A stretch of 64,000 nucleotides of DNA from Planctomycetota bacterium (GTDB taxonomy: Bacteria; Planctomycetota; Brocadiia; JAADGH01). Positions 19,483-29,771 of the stretch are shown here, piece after piece. The stretch is from the NCBI GenBank assembly GCA_040755855.1, contig JBFMAD010000002.1, positions 64,001 through 128,000 on the forward strand, given 5' to 3'. Under the pieces are notes generated by a model. The model was not told the DNA's origin. It saw nothing but the letters and a program-made list of their open reading frames with translations, and made no database searches. Each line of letters opens with the position of its first letter. Position 1 is the stretch's first letter. The translations under genes and the position numbers were made by a program.

Positions 19483-20622
19483 TCACTGCCGCCGGTCGAG
19501 CGGCGCGAACTCGCGCCCATACTTGCCGATGTACTTCGACGTGGGCCGGATGAGCCGGTTGTCGTGGTACTGCTCCAGTATGTGGGCGATCCACCCCGAG
19601 GTGCGGCTGGCGGCGAAGACGGCAGTGAAGAACTCCTTGGGGATTCCCATCGCGTGTTGGACGGTTGCCGAGTAGAAGTCCACATTCGGATAGATGCCCT
19701 TCGCCTCCTTGACCACCTGCTCGATGCGATGGGAGATCTGATACAGGTGCTCGTGGCCGGCCTTCTTGCAGAGCGATTCGGACACCCGCCGCAGGTGCGT
19801 CGCCCGCGGGTCCTCGGTTTTATACACACGATGGCCGAAGCCCATGATGCGGTGGCCCACGTCCAACATGCCCTGGATATAGTCCTGCACCATATCCACG
19901 CCGTCAATGCGGACGAGCATCTCCATCACTTTCTGGTTCGCCCCGCCGTGCAGGTGGCCCTTAAGCGTGCCGATGGCGGCGGTGAGGGCGGAGTGCATAT
20001 CGGTTTCGGTGCTTGCGGCGACGCGGGCGGCGAAGGTGGAGGCGTTGAGTCCATGGTCGGCGTGGAGGACCATGAGCAGGTCCATCGCCTTGGCCTCCTC
20101 CTCGTCGGGGACGGTGCCGCGGAGCATATAGAGAAAGTTTGCCGCCACGCCGAGGCCGGGATCGGGCGAGAGGACTGGCTTGCGCGTGTGAATGCGATGC
20201 AGGTCGGCCACAATAGTCGGGATGGCCGCCACGAGGCGAACGGCCTTGCGCGCGTTGGCGGCGTCGCAGTTGTCCTGCGCATCGGGATCGAACATGCCGA
20301 GCATGGATACCGCCGTTCGCAGGACGGACATCGGGTGGCTGCTCGGGGGCGTGAGCTCGATGGCGCTGATCACCTGCGACGGCAGACGCATCTCTGCCAC
20401 CAGCCTCGACTTGAACTCCCAGTATTCGTTCCTGTTCGGCAGGCGGTCGTGCCACAGCAAATAGACGACCTCCTCGTACGAGACCTTGCCGGCCAGGTCG
20501 TGGATGTTGTACCCCGAGTAGAAGAGCTCTCCGTTGACGCCGTCCACGTAGCTCACGCGCGTCTCGGCGGCGCAGACGCCCTCCAACCCTCGGACAACGA
20601 CTTTTTGCTCCGCGTTGCTCAT
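19483..20622 (-). CDS. gltA: Citrate synthase (type I / methylcitrate synthase family)
   Basis: RGLEGV, HADHGLNASTF, LHGGAN, GFGHRVYK..DPR, PNVDFYS, RLIRP; start ATG 20622. Confidence 0.92.
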   Translation of the reverse strand: MSNAEQKVVVRGLEGVCAAETRVSYVDGVNGELFYSGYNIHDLAGKVSYEEVVYLLWHDRLPNRNEYWEFKSRLVAEMRLPSQVISAIELTPPSSHPMSVLRTAVSMLGMFDPDAQDNCDAANARKAVRLVAAIPTIVADLHRIHTRKPVLSPDPGLGVAANFLYMLRGTVPDEEEAKAMDLLMVLHADHGLNASTFAARVAASTETDMHSALTAAIGTLKGHLHGGANQKVMEMLVRIDGVDMVQDYIQGMLDVGHRIMGFGHRVYKTEDPRATHLRRVSESLCKKAGHEHLYQISHRIEQVVKEAKGIYPNVDFYSATVQHAMGIPKEFFTAVFAASRTSGWIAHILEQYHDNRLIRPTSKYIGKYGREFAPLDRRQ

Positions 20623-20721
20623 AGATTCTCCTGACGGACTGAACCCAAAATCATATGATGACATGCAGAAGGGGGGTTTGTCAAGAATCCGCTCATCGGG
20701 GATTCCTCGCGCAACATCTGC

Positions 20722-20750
20722 TTGATTCGGAGTCAGGGTACGGGTATAAT
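20722..20750 (+). promoter_or_regulatory. Putative sigma70-type promoter for the MFS transporter
   Basis: TTGATT-17 bp-TATAAT about 70 bp upstream of ATG 20824. Confidence 0.5.
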
Positions 20751-20823
20751 TCGCCCGCTTTGAGATGATCGTGGGGATGGAATCGCCGGGACAATCCGAT
20801 TTTCCGTGGGAAGAGGAGAAACC

Positions 20824-22071
20824 ATGAGCCTGAGTCTGCGGATTCGCTTGAGCGCGATGATGTTCCTTCAGTACGCGATCTGGGGGGCGTGGGCGCCGGT
20901 GCTGGCGGCGCATCTTAAAGGATTGGGATTTACCGGCTGCCAGATTGGGTGGGTCTATGGGGTGCTATGGCTGTCCTGTATCGTCGCGCCATTCGTCGGC
21001 GGGCAGATCGCGGACCGCTGGTTCCCGACCCAGTGGTTTCTGGCCGTCGTGCACCTGGCGGGCGGATTCTTTCTACTCTACGCGGCCAAGCAAACCGGTT
21101 TCCGCGGCATGGTGACCATCATGGCGCTTTACTCGCTCTTGTACGCGCCGACTCTGGCCCTGACCAACTCGCTGGCCTTTCACCACCTGAAGGATGCGGA
21201 GAAGCAGTTCGGCATCATTCGGGTCTTCGGTACGATCGGTTGGATCGTCGCGGGCTTTGCGCTTACTTTTTGGCGGACGCAGGCCACGAAGGATGGAGGC
21301 GCCGCGGTATCCGGTGACACGCTGCTGTTAGCCGGCTGGTGCTCCATAGCGATGGGCATCTTTTGCTGTTTCCTACCCCACACGCCGCCGAAGAAACAGG
21401 CGGAGAACCCCTGGGCATTTATGGAAGCCCTCCAGCTTCTGAAAGACAAGAACTTCGCCGTCTTCATGGGCATCGCCTTCGTCGTGACGACCGAGCTTCA
21501 GTTCTACTATATCCCCACGGCGGAATTCCTCGAAAAGGGGGTGGGCATCCTGCAGAAGAATGTGCCGGCGGTCATGACGACGGCGCAGATCGCCGAGATC
21601 ATAGCAATGGCGCTGTTCCTGCCGCTGCTTCTGCCGCGGATCGGGATGCGCAAGGCCCTGGCCATCGGCGTGATTGCCTGGCCGCTCCGGTATGTTGTGT
21701 TTGCACTCTACAAGAACGTTCCCTATGAAGTGGTCGTCGGCTCGCTGACGCTGCACGGGATTGGCTACACGTTCTTCTTCGTGGTATCACAAATTTACGT
21801 GAACAAAGTAGCCCCGCCCGACATTCGCGCCTCCGCCCAGGCGCTTTTGACGCTAATCACACTTGGCGTCGGAAGTTTCATCGGGACGCAGTTCACCGGC
21901 GTGATCCTCGATGTGTTCAGCACACCGGAGGGCCGCCACTGGCCCACCATCTTCCTGATCCCCTGCGCCCTCACCGTTGCGTGCGCCGTCGCGTTCCTCA
22001 TTTGGTTCAGAGAACCCCAATCCGAGGCGCCGTCGGAGAATGCGCCTGCCGAATCGGAAAAGAGTGAATAA
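20824..22071 (+). CDS. MFS transporter, nucleoside:H+ symporter (NupG/YegT-like)
   Basis: LSAMMFLQYAIWGAW, IADRWF, IRVFGTIGWI, ~12 TM segments. Confidence 0.85.
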   Translation: MSLSLRIRLSAMMFLQYAIWGAWAPVLAAHLKGLGFTGCQIGWVYGVLWLSCIVAPFVGGQIADRWFPTQWFLAVVHLAGGFFLLYAAKQTGFRGMVTIMALYSLLYAPTLALTNSLAFHHLKDAEKQFGIIRVFGTIGWIVAGFALTFWRTQATKDGGAAVSGDTLLLAGWCSIAMGIFCCFLPHTPPKKQAENPWAFMEALQLLKDKNFAVFMGIAFVVTTELQFYYIPTAEFLEKGVGILQKNVPAVMTTAQIAEIIAMALFLPLLLPRIGMRKALAIGVIAWPLRYVVFALYKNVPYEVVVGSLTLHGIGYTFFFVVSQIYVNKVAPPDIRASAQALLTLITLGVGSFIGTQFTGVILDVFSTPEGRHWPTIFLIPCALTVACAVAFLIWFREPQSEAPSENAPAESEKSE

Positions 22072-22101
22072 CGCATCGGCGAATGCGCCATTCCTGCCGG
22101 A

Positions 22102-23013
22102 TTATGGCTTGCTCTCGTACTCCCGCGGCGGCGGGGGTACCAACGCCGGATCGCAGAGCGGGCCGTAGGCCTCCGGCCTCCGCTCGCAGAGCATCTCCTC
22201 GATGAAGATGTCCTCTCGGTCATACGTGAAGCCGTGGGCCACGCGCTTGATGTCGAGATCAACCTCCGCCATGACGATGCCGGGGACCCGGTGCGGCATC
22301 TGCGCGATGTACTCGCCCATGGGACTGACGATCCCCGTGCACCCCGCCACGCCCGACATCCAATTCATCGGCTTGGCCGGGTTCTGCCCGGAGCTAAGGA
22401 AGACGACGTAGGCGCAACTGTCAATGGCCCGGCATCGGATCATGCAGTTGGAGAGATCGCGCCCCCAGCCGCTCCAGTTCGACGGCCACACGATGATCTC
22501 CGCTCGGCGCACGGCGAGCACGCGGGCCGCCTCGACGAAACTGAAGTCGTGGCAGATGAGACAGCCGATCCGCCCGAAGTCGAGATCGAAGACGGAAAAA
22601 TCGTCGCCGGGGACGATGCCGCTCAGCTTCTCCTGGCGGGTGAGCTGGACCTTCAGATACATGCCCACGATCTCGCCCTTGCGGTTGATGACCGTCGCCG
22701 TGTTCCGCTTCTTGCCGTCGAGCAGGCCCGCGATGCCGAGGACGATGTTCATGTTGAATTCCCTGGCAAGGCGCTTGCCGATCTCGACCTCGGGTCCCGT
22801 GAGGAGATCGGGCAGGATTGCCTCCTTCTCCTCCTTGCTCAGGCCGCGGGTGTTGGAGCACTCCCCGACGCCCGTCAGGTCGCAGCCCGTCTCGCCGGCC
22901 ATGCGGAGATATTTCTCGATATTGTCCAGATTCCACTGATACTTCTCTTGAGCCGCGCCGCCTTCGAGCCAGTTCGGTATCTGAATCGCCGCGATCTTTA
23001 CGTTTCTTGCCAT
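22102..23013 (-). CDS. Carbon-nitrogen hydrolase (nitrilase superfamily)
   Basis: Catalytic triad motifs GEC, YLKVQL, LICHD; RRPEAY near C-terminus. Confidence 0.85.
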   Translation of the reverse strand: MARNVKIAAIQIPNWLEGGAAQEKYQWNLDNIEKYLRMAGETGCDLTGVGECSNTRGLSKEEKEAILPDLLTGPEVEIGKRLAREFNMNIVLGIAGLLDGKKRNTATVINRKGEIVGMYLKVQLTRQEKLSGIVPGDDFSVFDLDFGRIGCLICHDFSFVEAARVLAVRRAEIIVWPSNWSGWGRDLSNCMIRCRAIDSCAYVVFLSSGQNPAKPMNWMSGVAGCTGIVSPMGEYIAQMPHRVPGIVMAEVDLDIKRVAHGFTYDREDIFIEEMLCERRPEAYGPLCDPALVPPPPREYESKP

Positions 23014-23033
23014 CGTCATTCTCCCATCCATTA

Positions 23034-23117
23034 GTAGCGAAAGTCGCCAGACTTCCGACTCTCCTGAGACTCGTAAAGCCTTCCCGTCGCAATCTGAACT
23101 CTGGCGAGTTCAGCTAC
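23034..23117. repeat. GTAG-type REP doublet (REPIN)
   Basis: gtagcgaaagtcgccagacttccg (23034-23057) facing ctgaactctggcgagttcagctac (23094-23117); a third family member at 42596-42619. Confidence 0.7.
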
Positions 23118-23130
23118 GATGCAAAGTCCA

Positions 23131-24324
23131 TCAGTCCCACCCGGCAACGGTCCATCGAACCCCCCCGCGCGGGAAGGCGACGCCCACCAGCCGGTCCACC
23201 TGCTCCGGGCCGGCGCCGTAGGTCATGACGAAGGCGTTGTGCACGCGCTTCTCCAGCTCGGTCACCTCCGTCAGCGGTAGGTTGATCCATGTGTTGTTCC
23301 GCCGCGAACTCTCGCGCAGGGCGAAGAGAATCTCCAGGTCGCGCCGGGCGTTCAACGCGCCGTAGGCCGGTTCGGTGTTCTCGACGATCGCCTTGTGGAA
23401 TCCCACCAGCAGCGCCATCCGCGCCACCTCGTCGTTGTCGGCGGCGCGATAGTTCTTGAAGGGATTCTCGAAGACAACGGGCGGGTCGGTATCCACGCGC
23501 ATGTGATCGAGCACCTTGACGCCTTCGATCTCGGTGTATTCCTCCAGGAAGGGGAACTTCTTGAATTCGTACTGTGAGCCGATGTAGAGCTCGTTGCCGG
23601 CGATCTGCCCCTTTGTGCCCTCTAAGTCCCAGCGCGGGCTGGTGCGTCCGCGCGGCGGCCCCTCGAAGAGGCAGACCACGCCGTTTTGGAACTCGATGAA
23701 CGCCGCGTCCCACACCTCCTCGGTCACGCGGTAGCCCTCATAGCCCATAAAGGGCGGCACGGGAACCTTGCCCGTGTAGCCGAGGACGCGCTTCGCCTCG
23801 CTGCGGAGGAGCATCCGCACCGCATTCAGCCCATGATACTCCGCCTTGTGGGTGTAGCAGAGGCGCGTGTGGGTGATCTCCCCGATTAGGCCCGTGTCAA
23901 TGATCTTGCGCTTGAGCTGCTCCCGCGCCCATAAATAGACCTGCTCGGCGATCTCCAGCTTCACGCCGTGTTCCTGCGCGGTCCGGATCATGAAGTCGGC
24001 GGCAGGGAGCGTCGGGGCGATGGGGATTTCGTTGATGACGTGAACACCATGCTTTGCCGCGAGGCCGGTGACCATGGTGTTGCTGTCCGGGGCGGTGGCA
24101 TTGAGGAGGACGTCGGGCCTGTCCTCCTCCAGCATGGTGCGGAGGTTCGTGTAGGACTTCACGCCCCATCGTTCGGCATTTTCCTTCGCCCGCTCGGGGA
24201 TTACCTCACAGAGGGCGTAGAAGTCGTAGAGGTCGCTGAACTCGGTCAGTTTCCTCAGCGTGGAGAGCCACGCCTGCCCCCGTCCCCTTCCCGCGCCGAC
24301 GATTGCGATCCGAAGCCTGTTCAT
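23131..24324 (-). CDS. Gfo/Idh/MocA family oxidoreductase
   Basis: IAIVGAGRGRG Rossmann motif, EIPIA (EKP variant); start ATG 24324. Confidence 0.82.
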   Translation of the reverse strand: MNRLRIAIVGAGRGRGQAWLSTLRKLTEFSDLYDFYALCEVIPERAKENAERWGVKSYTNLRTMLEEDRPDVLLNATAPDSNTMVTGLAAKHGVHVINEIPIAPTLPAADFMIRTAQEHGVKLEIAEQVYLWAREQLKRKIIDTGLIGEITHTRLCYTHKAEYHGLNAVRMLLRSEAKRVLGYTGKVPVPPFMGYEGYRVTEEVWDAAFIEFQNGVVCLFEGPPRGRTSPRWDLEGTKGQIAGNELYIGSQYEFKKFPFLEEYTEIEGVKVLDHMRVDTDPPVVFENPFKNYRAADNDEVARMALLVGFHKAIVENTEPAYGALNARRDLEILFALRESSRRNNTWINLPLTEVTELEKRVHNAFVMTYGAGPEQVDRLVGVAFPRGGVRWTVAGWD

Positions 24325-24334
24325 AGCAATCTCC

Positions 24335-26545
24335 TTAACTGCCTTCTTGACCCTTGGGTCTAAGGATAACAACGTCGCCGCGGTCCGTGGCCGCTTCAAT
24401 GATCGGTCCCGAGGCGGTCCACTTCTTGCGACCGCGCTCGACGGTCACGTCCTTCGCAATGGTGTTCTCGATCCGCAGCGGACCGCCGACCTCGCTTACT
24501 ATCCTGACCTCGGCGATAGCGCCGTCTCGTCTCGCCGCGCTCACGAGGAACGCGCCCTCGGTTCGCATATCCGTGTAGGAAAGATCGCGCCAGCGCTCCG
24601 GCGCGCCGGGCATGATGCGGATCACGCCCTTCACGCACTGCAGGAGCATCTCCTGCACGGCGGCGACGGCGGCCATCCCCGCCTCGATCTGCATGATCTC
24701 CTTGTCGTGCGTGCGCCCCGCGAGGACGGAGAAGCCCTTGACGTGCGCGTCGTGCAGCGTGCCGTTGTTCTCGTTGGTGAAGACCCGCCGCCAGATCTCC
24801 AGGAGCAGCTCGGCCATGTCGCCGTTGCGCAAACGCGAATGGATGATCGAGGCCCACGGCACGCACCACCCGCTCCACTCGCCCATGCCCTTCGCGGTCC
24901 ATGTGCGGATCGAGCGGGCCACGACTCCCTTGCCCGGCTCGCGGTCGCACTCGATCGTGTCGAAGGGATAGATGCCGGCCAGGTGGGAATGGTGGCGGTG
25001 GGAGTGGTCCAGCCCCTGCCCCTCCCATAGGGCGATCTGCTCGCCGCCCGGCGGACCCATTGGGCAGTAGCGCGGCAGGCGCTCGGAGATATCGCGCCAT
25101 CTCGCCTCCGGCTCGATGCCGAGGATCTTCGACGCCTCGATCAGCGCGTCGCAGAGGAAGTGCGCGCAGGCGAGCTGAAACGAGGCGTTCGCGCCCCAGG
25201 CGTTCATTGCGCTGCCGCCGTACTCGGGGCTGACGGTCACGGGCAGGACGAGCCGGCCGTCGCGCTTCTCCATCATCTCCTCATAGACGCGCATGGTCCC
25301 TCGCATGAAGGGGTAAGCCGTGTCGCGCAGGAAGTCCTCATCCATCGAGTATCGGTAATACAGCCACATGAGCTGCGCGACCCATGCCGTCGAGCCGTGG
25401 TCAATCGTGCCGGTCCAGAATCCGCCCATGCAGACGCATCGGTCGTCCACCGCGTGCGGGAGCATGAGGCCGTCGTCAATGCCGAGGAAGGTCCTGGCGT
25501 TGTGGCGGAGCTGCGGCGCCCAGGAGATGATCATGTCAAACAGCCGCCGGATGTGCGAGAGGCGGTTGCCCATGAAGGTCGGCCAGTAGCACTCCTGCAC
25601 GTTGATATTGAAGTGGTAGTCGCTCGACCAGGGGGGCATCTGATGCTCCTCGACCCACGCCCCCTGGAGCGTGGCGGGGACGCCGGCGGGATTGGTCAGG
25701 CCGGCGAATTTGTACATGCCGTAATAATAGATGAAGGCCAGGTCTTCCGAGGGCATGTCAATGGACGGCGCATCGGACCAATATGCCTTCCACCACGTTT
25801 TGTTACAATTGCGAATTTTCGCAAATCCGTCAATCTCCGCCTGTTCGATCATGCTGCGGGCGTTGTCCTTTGCCTCGGCGTCGGTCTCGCCATACGCCGA
25901 CACGATGACGAGCGCGTCGCCGGTCTGCCGATAGCCGAGGCACATCGTCGGATCGGCGGGGCGCATCTGCACCCAGCCGGACATGGCCTTGCCGTTGAAC
26001 TGCTTCGGCGGCTCGAAGCTGATTGACTTCAGATAGTCGCCGACGAACTCCCACGACGGAACGGGGCGGATGCGCTTCAAACGCAGCCCCTTCGGGAGAT
26101 TGACGTAGAGGAGGGGCTGGTCCATCGAGAGCACGAAGCGGAGATCGAAGGTCTTGCGCCCCTGCTCAATCGTGACTGTGACCTCCCCTGTTTGAATATC
26201 GAGTATGCCCATGACCGGTCGGGCGTTCTTTCCGAAGTCGAGTTCGAGCCTCCCCATCGGCAGGATGGAGGGGCGTCGCGGCTGTCCCTCGGGTGGAGGG
26301 GGGCCTTCGAAGATCGCGCGCAGGTGAGCTTCGTCGCCCTTCTCCAGACATTCTCGGATGTTCTTGAACGTCATCTGTTCGTTCCAGGCCATCCCGCCGC
26401 GTCGGTCCCAGAAGTCGGCGCGGTTCACGGTGATATGGAGTTTGTCCTCGCCCCAGATCATTGCGCCGAACGTCCCGTTGGCCTGGAGGATGCCGCGATG
26501 GACGCGAGTCAAAGGAAAGCGCCATTTGATTCTCTTGATCTTCAT
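24335..26545 (-). CDS. GH95-like glycoside hydrolase (alpha-L-fucosidase-like)
   Basis: ANGTFGAMIW, TLQGAW, WSSDYHFNINVQECYWP, SPEY, HRHHSHL, QIEA, EMLLQ motifs. Confidence 0.8.
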   Translation of the reverse strand: MKIKRIKWRFPLTRVHRGILQANGTFGAMIWGEDKLHITVNRADFWDRRGGMAWNEQMTFKNIRECLEKGDEAHLRAIFEGPPPPEGQPRRPSILPMGRLELDFGKNARPVMGILDIQTGEVTVTIEQGRKTFDLRFVLSMDQPLLYVNLPKGLRLKRIRPVPSWEFVGDYLKSISFEPPKQFNGKAMSGWVQMRPADPTMCLGYRQTGDALVIVSAYGETDAEAKDNARSMIEQAEIDGFAKIRNCNKTWWKAYWSDAPSIDMPSEDLAFIYYYGMYKFAGLTNPAGVPATLQGAWVEEHQMPPWSSDYHFNINVQECYWPTFMGNRLSHIRRLFDMIISWAPQLRHNARTFLGIDDGLMLPHAVDDRCVCMGGFWTGTIDHGSTAWVAQLMWLYYRYSMDEDFLRDTAYPFMRGTMRVYEEMMEKRDGRLVLPVTVSPEYGGSAMNAWGANASFQLACAHFLCDALIEASKILGIEPEARWRDISERLPRYCPMGPPGGEQIALWEGQGLDHSHRHHSHLAGIYPFDTIECDREPGKGVVARSIRTWTAKGMGEWSGWCVPWASIIHSRLRNGDMAELLLEIWRRVFTNENNGTLHDAHVKGFSVLAGRTHDKEIMQIEAGMAAVAAVQEMLLQCVKGVIRIMPGAPERWRDLSYTDMRTEGAFLVSAARRDGAIAEVRIVSEVGGPLRIENTIAKDVTVERGRKKWTASGPIIEAATDRGDVVILRPKGQEGS

Positions 26546-26590
26546 TTCATGTTCCTCAATGTGCCGATGAAAGGCTGTACAACGAGCAAG

Positions 26591-26619
26591 AGAATAGAGG
26601 TTAGTCAGGGGCGTGTCAA
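26591..26619 (-). promoter_or_regulatory. Putative sigma70-type promoter for the GH95 operon
   Basis: Minus strand TTGACA-17 bp-TATTCT about 45 bp upstream of start 26545. Confidence 0.55.
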
Positions 26620-26664
26620 GAACAGAAGCCCAATCGGAGGGATGTTATCTCAGACCCAGCAAGC

Positions 26665-27552
26665 TTATTCGCCTTTCGTTCGGAGTCCCAGATCGAAAGG
26701 GCCGTTGGGCTTGATCCCTGCTGCGCGTTCGTCTGCCTCCAAGTCGTTCAGGGAATCGCCGACGAAGACACGTTGCCAACGGCCATCGCGTACGCCGAAG
26801 CGTTCGTCATGGGGTCCGGTACCGAAGGCCTCGGTCAGTGGTGCCTTAGGTTCACAAGGATTTTCGTAGATTTGAACGCGTAGATGATAGAGAGAATCGT
26901 CGGCATTGGCGCTTTCCGCCTCGTTAAGCATGGCGAGCGCAGCGTCGTCATCAAGGGGCTGTCCCGCCTCACGTATTCTCTGCTTTATCCGAATCCCAAG
27001 GCGTCTCGCTCCTTCGTCTACCATTCCCAAGACGCACACGGCGCTGATGGTTGTGTTTTGAGGCTCAAGCGGATTGCCGTTCTTCCATCGGACCATCTTG
27101 CCGCCGGGAGCGAAAGTCGAGGTCATACGCGAGCTGTCACAGGCCCCGGTTTCGCCGTCATACGGCATCGTCAACCCAAGCGCGCCAAGCATAGCCTCGA
27201 TGATGAATCGCTGTTTCAAGAAGCGAAAGGAATCGTGGGGATCCGCCAGCACGATTGCGCACATGCGCCCCTTGAGGTCCTTAAGGTGCTGACGTTCCCT
27301 CTCTATCTTCTTGCGTATCTGCGTGCGGATGGTTGAGAGGTCCACCGCCCCGACCTTGTTCGGCATGTAGGTCGGGGTGTCAAACTCCGTCACCTCGAAG
27401 AACACTTCGGAACCGCCCACAACAACTCGGTAATCGGGATGTTTGGTTGCGTCCTCAACGGACGGATGGTACTCGAAGTCGGTAAGTTGTCTCTCCTTTA
27501 GGTAGGTCTCGAACCACTGCTCAGAAACTGGTTTTCCAGTTGTCTTGTTCAT
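26665..27552 (-). CDS. Hypothetical protein with PD-(D/E)XK nuclease-like N-terminal motif
   Basis: SE..FE helix followed by HPDY-x11-FEVT pattern; 23 bp downstream of hicB. Confidence 0.55.
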   Translation of the reverse strand: MNKTTGKPVSEQWFETYLKERQLTDFEYHPSVEDATKHPDYRVVVGGSEVFFEVTEFDTPTYMPNKVGAVDLSTIRTQIRKKIERERQHLKDLKGRMCAIVLADPHDSFRFLKQRFIIEAMLGALGLTMPYDGETGACDSSRMTSTFAPGGKMVRWKNGNPLEPQNTTISAVCVLGMVDEGARRLGIRIKQRIREAGQPLDDDAALAMLNEAESANADDSLYHLRVQIYENPCEPKAPLTEAFGTGPHDERFGVRDGRWQRVFVGDSLNDLEADERAAGIKPNGPFDLGLRTKGE

Positions 27553-27575
27553 CCAGACTCATCTTGGCTGTTATG

Positions 27576-27788
27576 TCACGCATATATCAGTCGCCCCTTT
27601 GGCTTAGGGATTGGGCGTCCTAACTCCTTCGCCGTTTCGATCCATTCCTGGATGATCTGTTCGGCATTGGCCAGGGCTTCCTGGTAGGTCTTGCCGTCCG
27701 CCATGCAGCCGGGGAGTTCGGGCACTTCCGCTACAAAGGCATTATCTTCCTTGCTCCAGAAGATGATGATCTCGTATTTGTTCTTCAT
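27576..27788 (-). CDS. hicB: HicB family antitoxin (short form)
   Basis: YEIIIFWSKEDNAFVAEVPELPGCMADGKTYQEAL..GRPIPKP. Confidence 0.9.
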   Translation of the reverse strand: MKNKYEIIIFWSKEDNAFVAEVPELPGCMADGKTYQEALANAEQIIQEWIETAKELGRPIPKPKGRLIYA

Positions 27789-28045
27789 TTCTGTTCTCCC
27801 AGCATCAGACCATAGCGGAGTATCACATCCCTCACCTGCTTCACCTGATAGGGCTTGGCCTTGGACCCCCTTGGTTGCAGGTTCAAAATCTCCGCCAGTC
27901 CTTCCATCGTGAAAATATGATGGTCGCCCTTAACCCGTTCTTCAAATCCGAGCCGTTTAAGCAGTGTACACAGCCCCAGAAAGGGGACGTTGGCGTCTGA
28001 ACGCCGCATGAGAATGAACTGGTACAGTTTCTCGTGCTTGTCCAC
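27785..28045 (-). CDS. hicA: HicA family toxin (mRNA interferase)
   Basis: LGFEERVKGDHHIF, LNLQP, AKPYQVKQV; ATGA overlap with hicB; GTG start 28045. Confidence 0.85.
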   Translation of the reverse strand: MDKHEKLYQFILMRRSDANVPFLGLCTLLKRLGFEERVKGDHHIFTMEGLAEILNLQPRGSKAKPYQVKQVRDVILRYGLMLGEQK

Positions 28046-28086
28046 GCCACCACAAGACCCGTCTAAAAACAAACTCACCAGTTTTT

Positions 28087-28116
28087 ATGATAATCGGCAA
28101 TCTGCGCGCTTGTCAA
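28087..28116 (-). promoter_or_regulatory. Putative hicAB promoter
   Basis: Minus strand TTGACA-18 bp-TATCAT overlapping the stop codon of the upstream transporter. Confidence 0.5.
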
Positions 28117-29234
28117 GGAGCATTTTCACTCGGCGCGTCGGTCTTGCGGATGACGATGTAGTGGACGGCAATACCGACGACGAATCCCACGGCCATGTTG
28201 AGGAGCAGGGAGCCGGCGACGGTGGCGGCCAGGGGGAGGAGCGCGCGGTCGAGGCGAATGTCGCGGGCGAACTTGACGAGCTCGATCCCGACGAGGAACA
28301 TCATCGCGCCGACAATTGCCACGGGAAAGGCGGCAAAGAGCGCGGCAATGCTCCCGGCGAAGAACAGTCCCAACGAAATTTCAATTGCGCCTTCGATGAT
28401 GTTCGTCCCCCCGGTCCGCGCGCCGAAATAGTACTGCCCGGCCAGGCCGCCCGCCCCGTGGCACATGGGCATGCCACCCAGGAGCGGGGCAATGAGGTTC
28501 ATGACCCCCATGCTGAGCGATAGCTGACGCTCCGTCACCCGGCGATCGGGCCAGTACTGGGCGATGAGCGCGACCGTGGCGATCACTGCGTTTGTGGCCG
28601 TGAGGGGAATCTGGGCCAGACCGCCGTCGCGCAAGACAGGCCAGATGAGGCGGGGGTCAAACATCGTCAGAGGAGGGAACGCAAAGGACAGGCCGGTGAC
28701 GCATCCCAGTTGCCGCCGAAACGCCATGATGGCAATGCCCAGGGCCATCAGCACCACGGCGGCGGGGGCGTATTTGTTTTTGCGAAGGAGGAGAACGATT
28801 GCGACGGCGATCAGCCCAAGCCACCACCAAGTGCGGATCATCTTCGTCCCTTCAATCGCCAGCAACGCGCCAAGCGCGATCTGAATCCCGCGGGTGACCG
28901 ACTTCGGCGTCCAACGCGCCACCCATTGCATGGCCCCCGTTGCGCCCATGAGGAGCCAGACAATCCCCATGACGATCCCCGACGTGTAGATCTTCTCCGG
29001 CGTCCACGCCTGGGCGATGGCCATGACGGCGAGGAGCTTCATCGGCTCGATCGGCATGGGCAGGCGATAGACCAGCCCGGTGACGATGTTCGCCAGCCCC
29101 ATCATCACGAGCAGCCCGGCGGGGTTCATCTTGCAGACGGTGAAGTAGCCGATGGCGAGGGGAAGGAGCGTGCCGAAGTCGCCCATCGATCCGGCCAGCT
29201 CGCGGAGATTGAACTCAAAAGACTTGATTCGCAC
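28113..29234 (-). CDS. Putative molybdate/sulfate transporter (MOT-like)
   Basis: ELAGSMGDFGT, PMPIEPMK, QIPLT..NA, MPMCHGAGGLAGQYYFGARTG. Confidence 0.85.
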   Translation of the reverse strand: MRIKSFEFNLRELAGSMGDFGTLLPLAIGYFTVCKMNPAGLLVMMGLANIVTGLVYRLPMPIEPMKLLAVMAIAQAWTPEKIYTSGIVMGIVWLLMGATGAMQWVARWTPKSVTRGIQIALGALLAIEGTKMIRTWWWLGLIAVAIVLLLRKNKYAPAAVVLMALGIAIMAFRRQLGCVTGLSFAFPPLTMFDPRLIWPVLRDGGLAQIPLTATNAVIATVALIAQYWPDRRVTERQLSLSMGVMNLIAPLLGGMPMCHGAGGLAGQYYFGARTGGTNIIEGAIEISLGLFFAGSIAALFAAFPVAIVGAMMFLVGIELVKFARDIRLDRALLPLAATVAGSLLLNMAVGFVVGIAVHYIVIRKTDAPSENAP

Positions 29235-29267
29235 GATTATCTCCCGAACGCGCTAATAACCAAGGAC

Positions 29268-29762
29268 TTACCTCTTGATGGGAATCGTGTGCTCGCCGTG
29301 GCAGTCGGTGCAGATCGCGCCGGCCGCGATCACCCGTCCGTTGGGGCGCGTCTTTCCTGCCCAGTGGATGCGAAAGGACAAAACCTTCAACGGAGACTTG
29401 TGCGCCTTATGGCATTCCCTGCAAAGATACTCGATATCCTCTCTCCCCCAGACGATGTCGGTCTTGGGTGGGGATGTCTTGGTCAATCGGTGCGCTTCCG
29501 ATGGGCCGTGACAAACCGCACAGGTGATCCTTGCCTCAAGGTGACAGGATGCCACTGGCTCCGCCTCAAAGGATTCGTGACAGGAAAGGCACGCCGAGTT
29601 GTCCAGGGGGCCTGCGGACATTTCGATAGGCTTCACGAGCGGCAAGGTGGAGGAATCCCCGCCTTTCTTTGTCGGCGACGTCTCACAGCCTGCCGCGCCC
29701 AGCACCAGTGAGACGGCAGCAAATACATGAAGGGTCGCCGCACGATGGGTCACACAGATCAT
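29268..29762 (-). CDS. Tetraheme c-type cytochrome, probable lipoprotein
   Basis: Four CxxCH motifs (CLSCH, CAVCH, CRECH, CTDCH); LGAAGC lipobox-like signal. Confidence 0.8.
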   Translation of the reverse strand: MICVTHRAATLHVFAAVSLVLGAAGCETSPTKKGGDSSTLPLVKPIEMSAGPLDNSACLSCHESFEAEPVASCHLEARITCAVCHGPSEAHRLTKTSPPKTDIVWGREDIEYLCRECHKAHKSPLKVLSFRIHWAGKTRPNGRVIAAGAICTDCHGEHTIPIKR

Positions 29763-29771
29763 CCCTTATGA

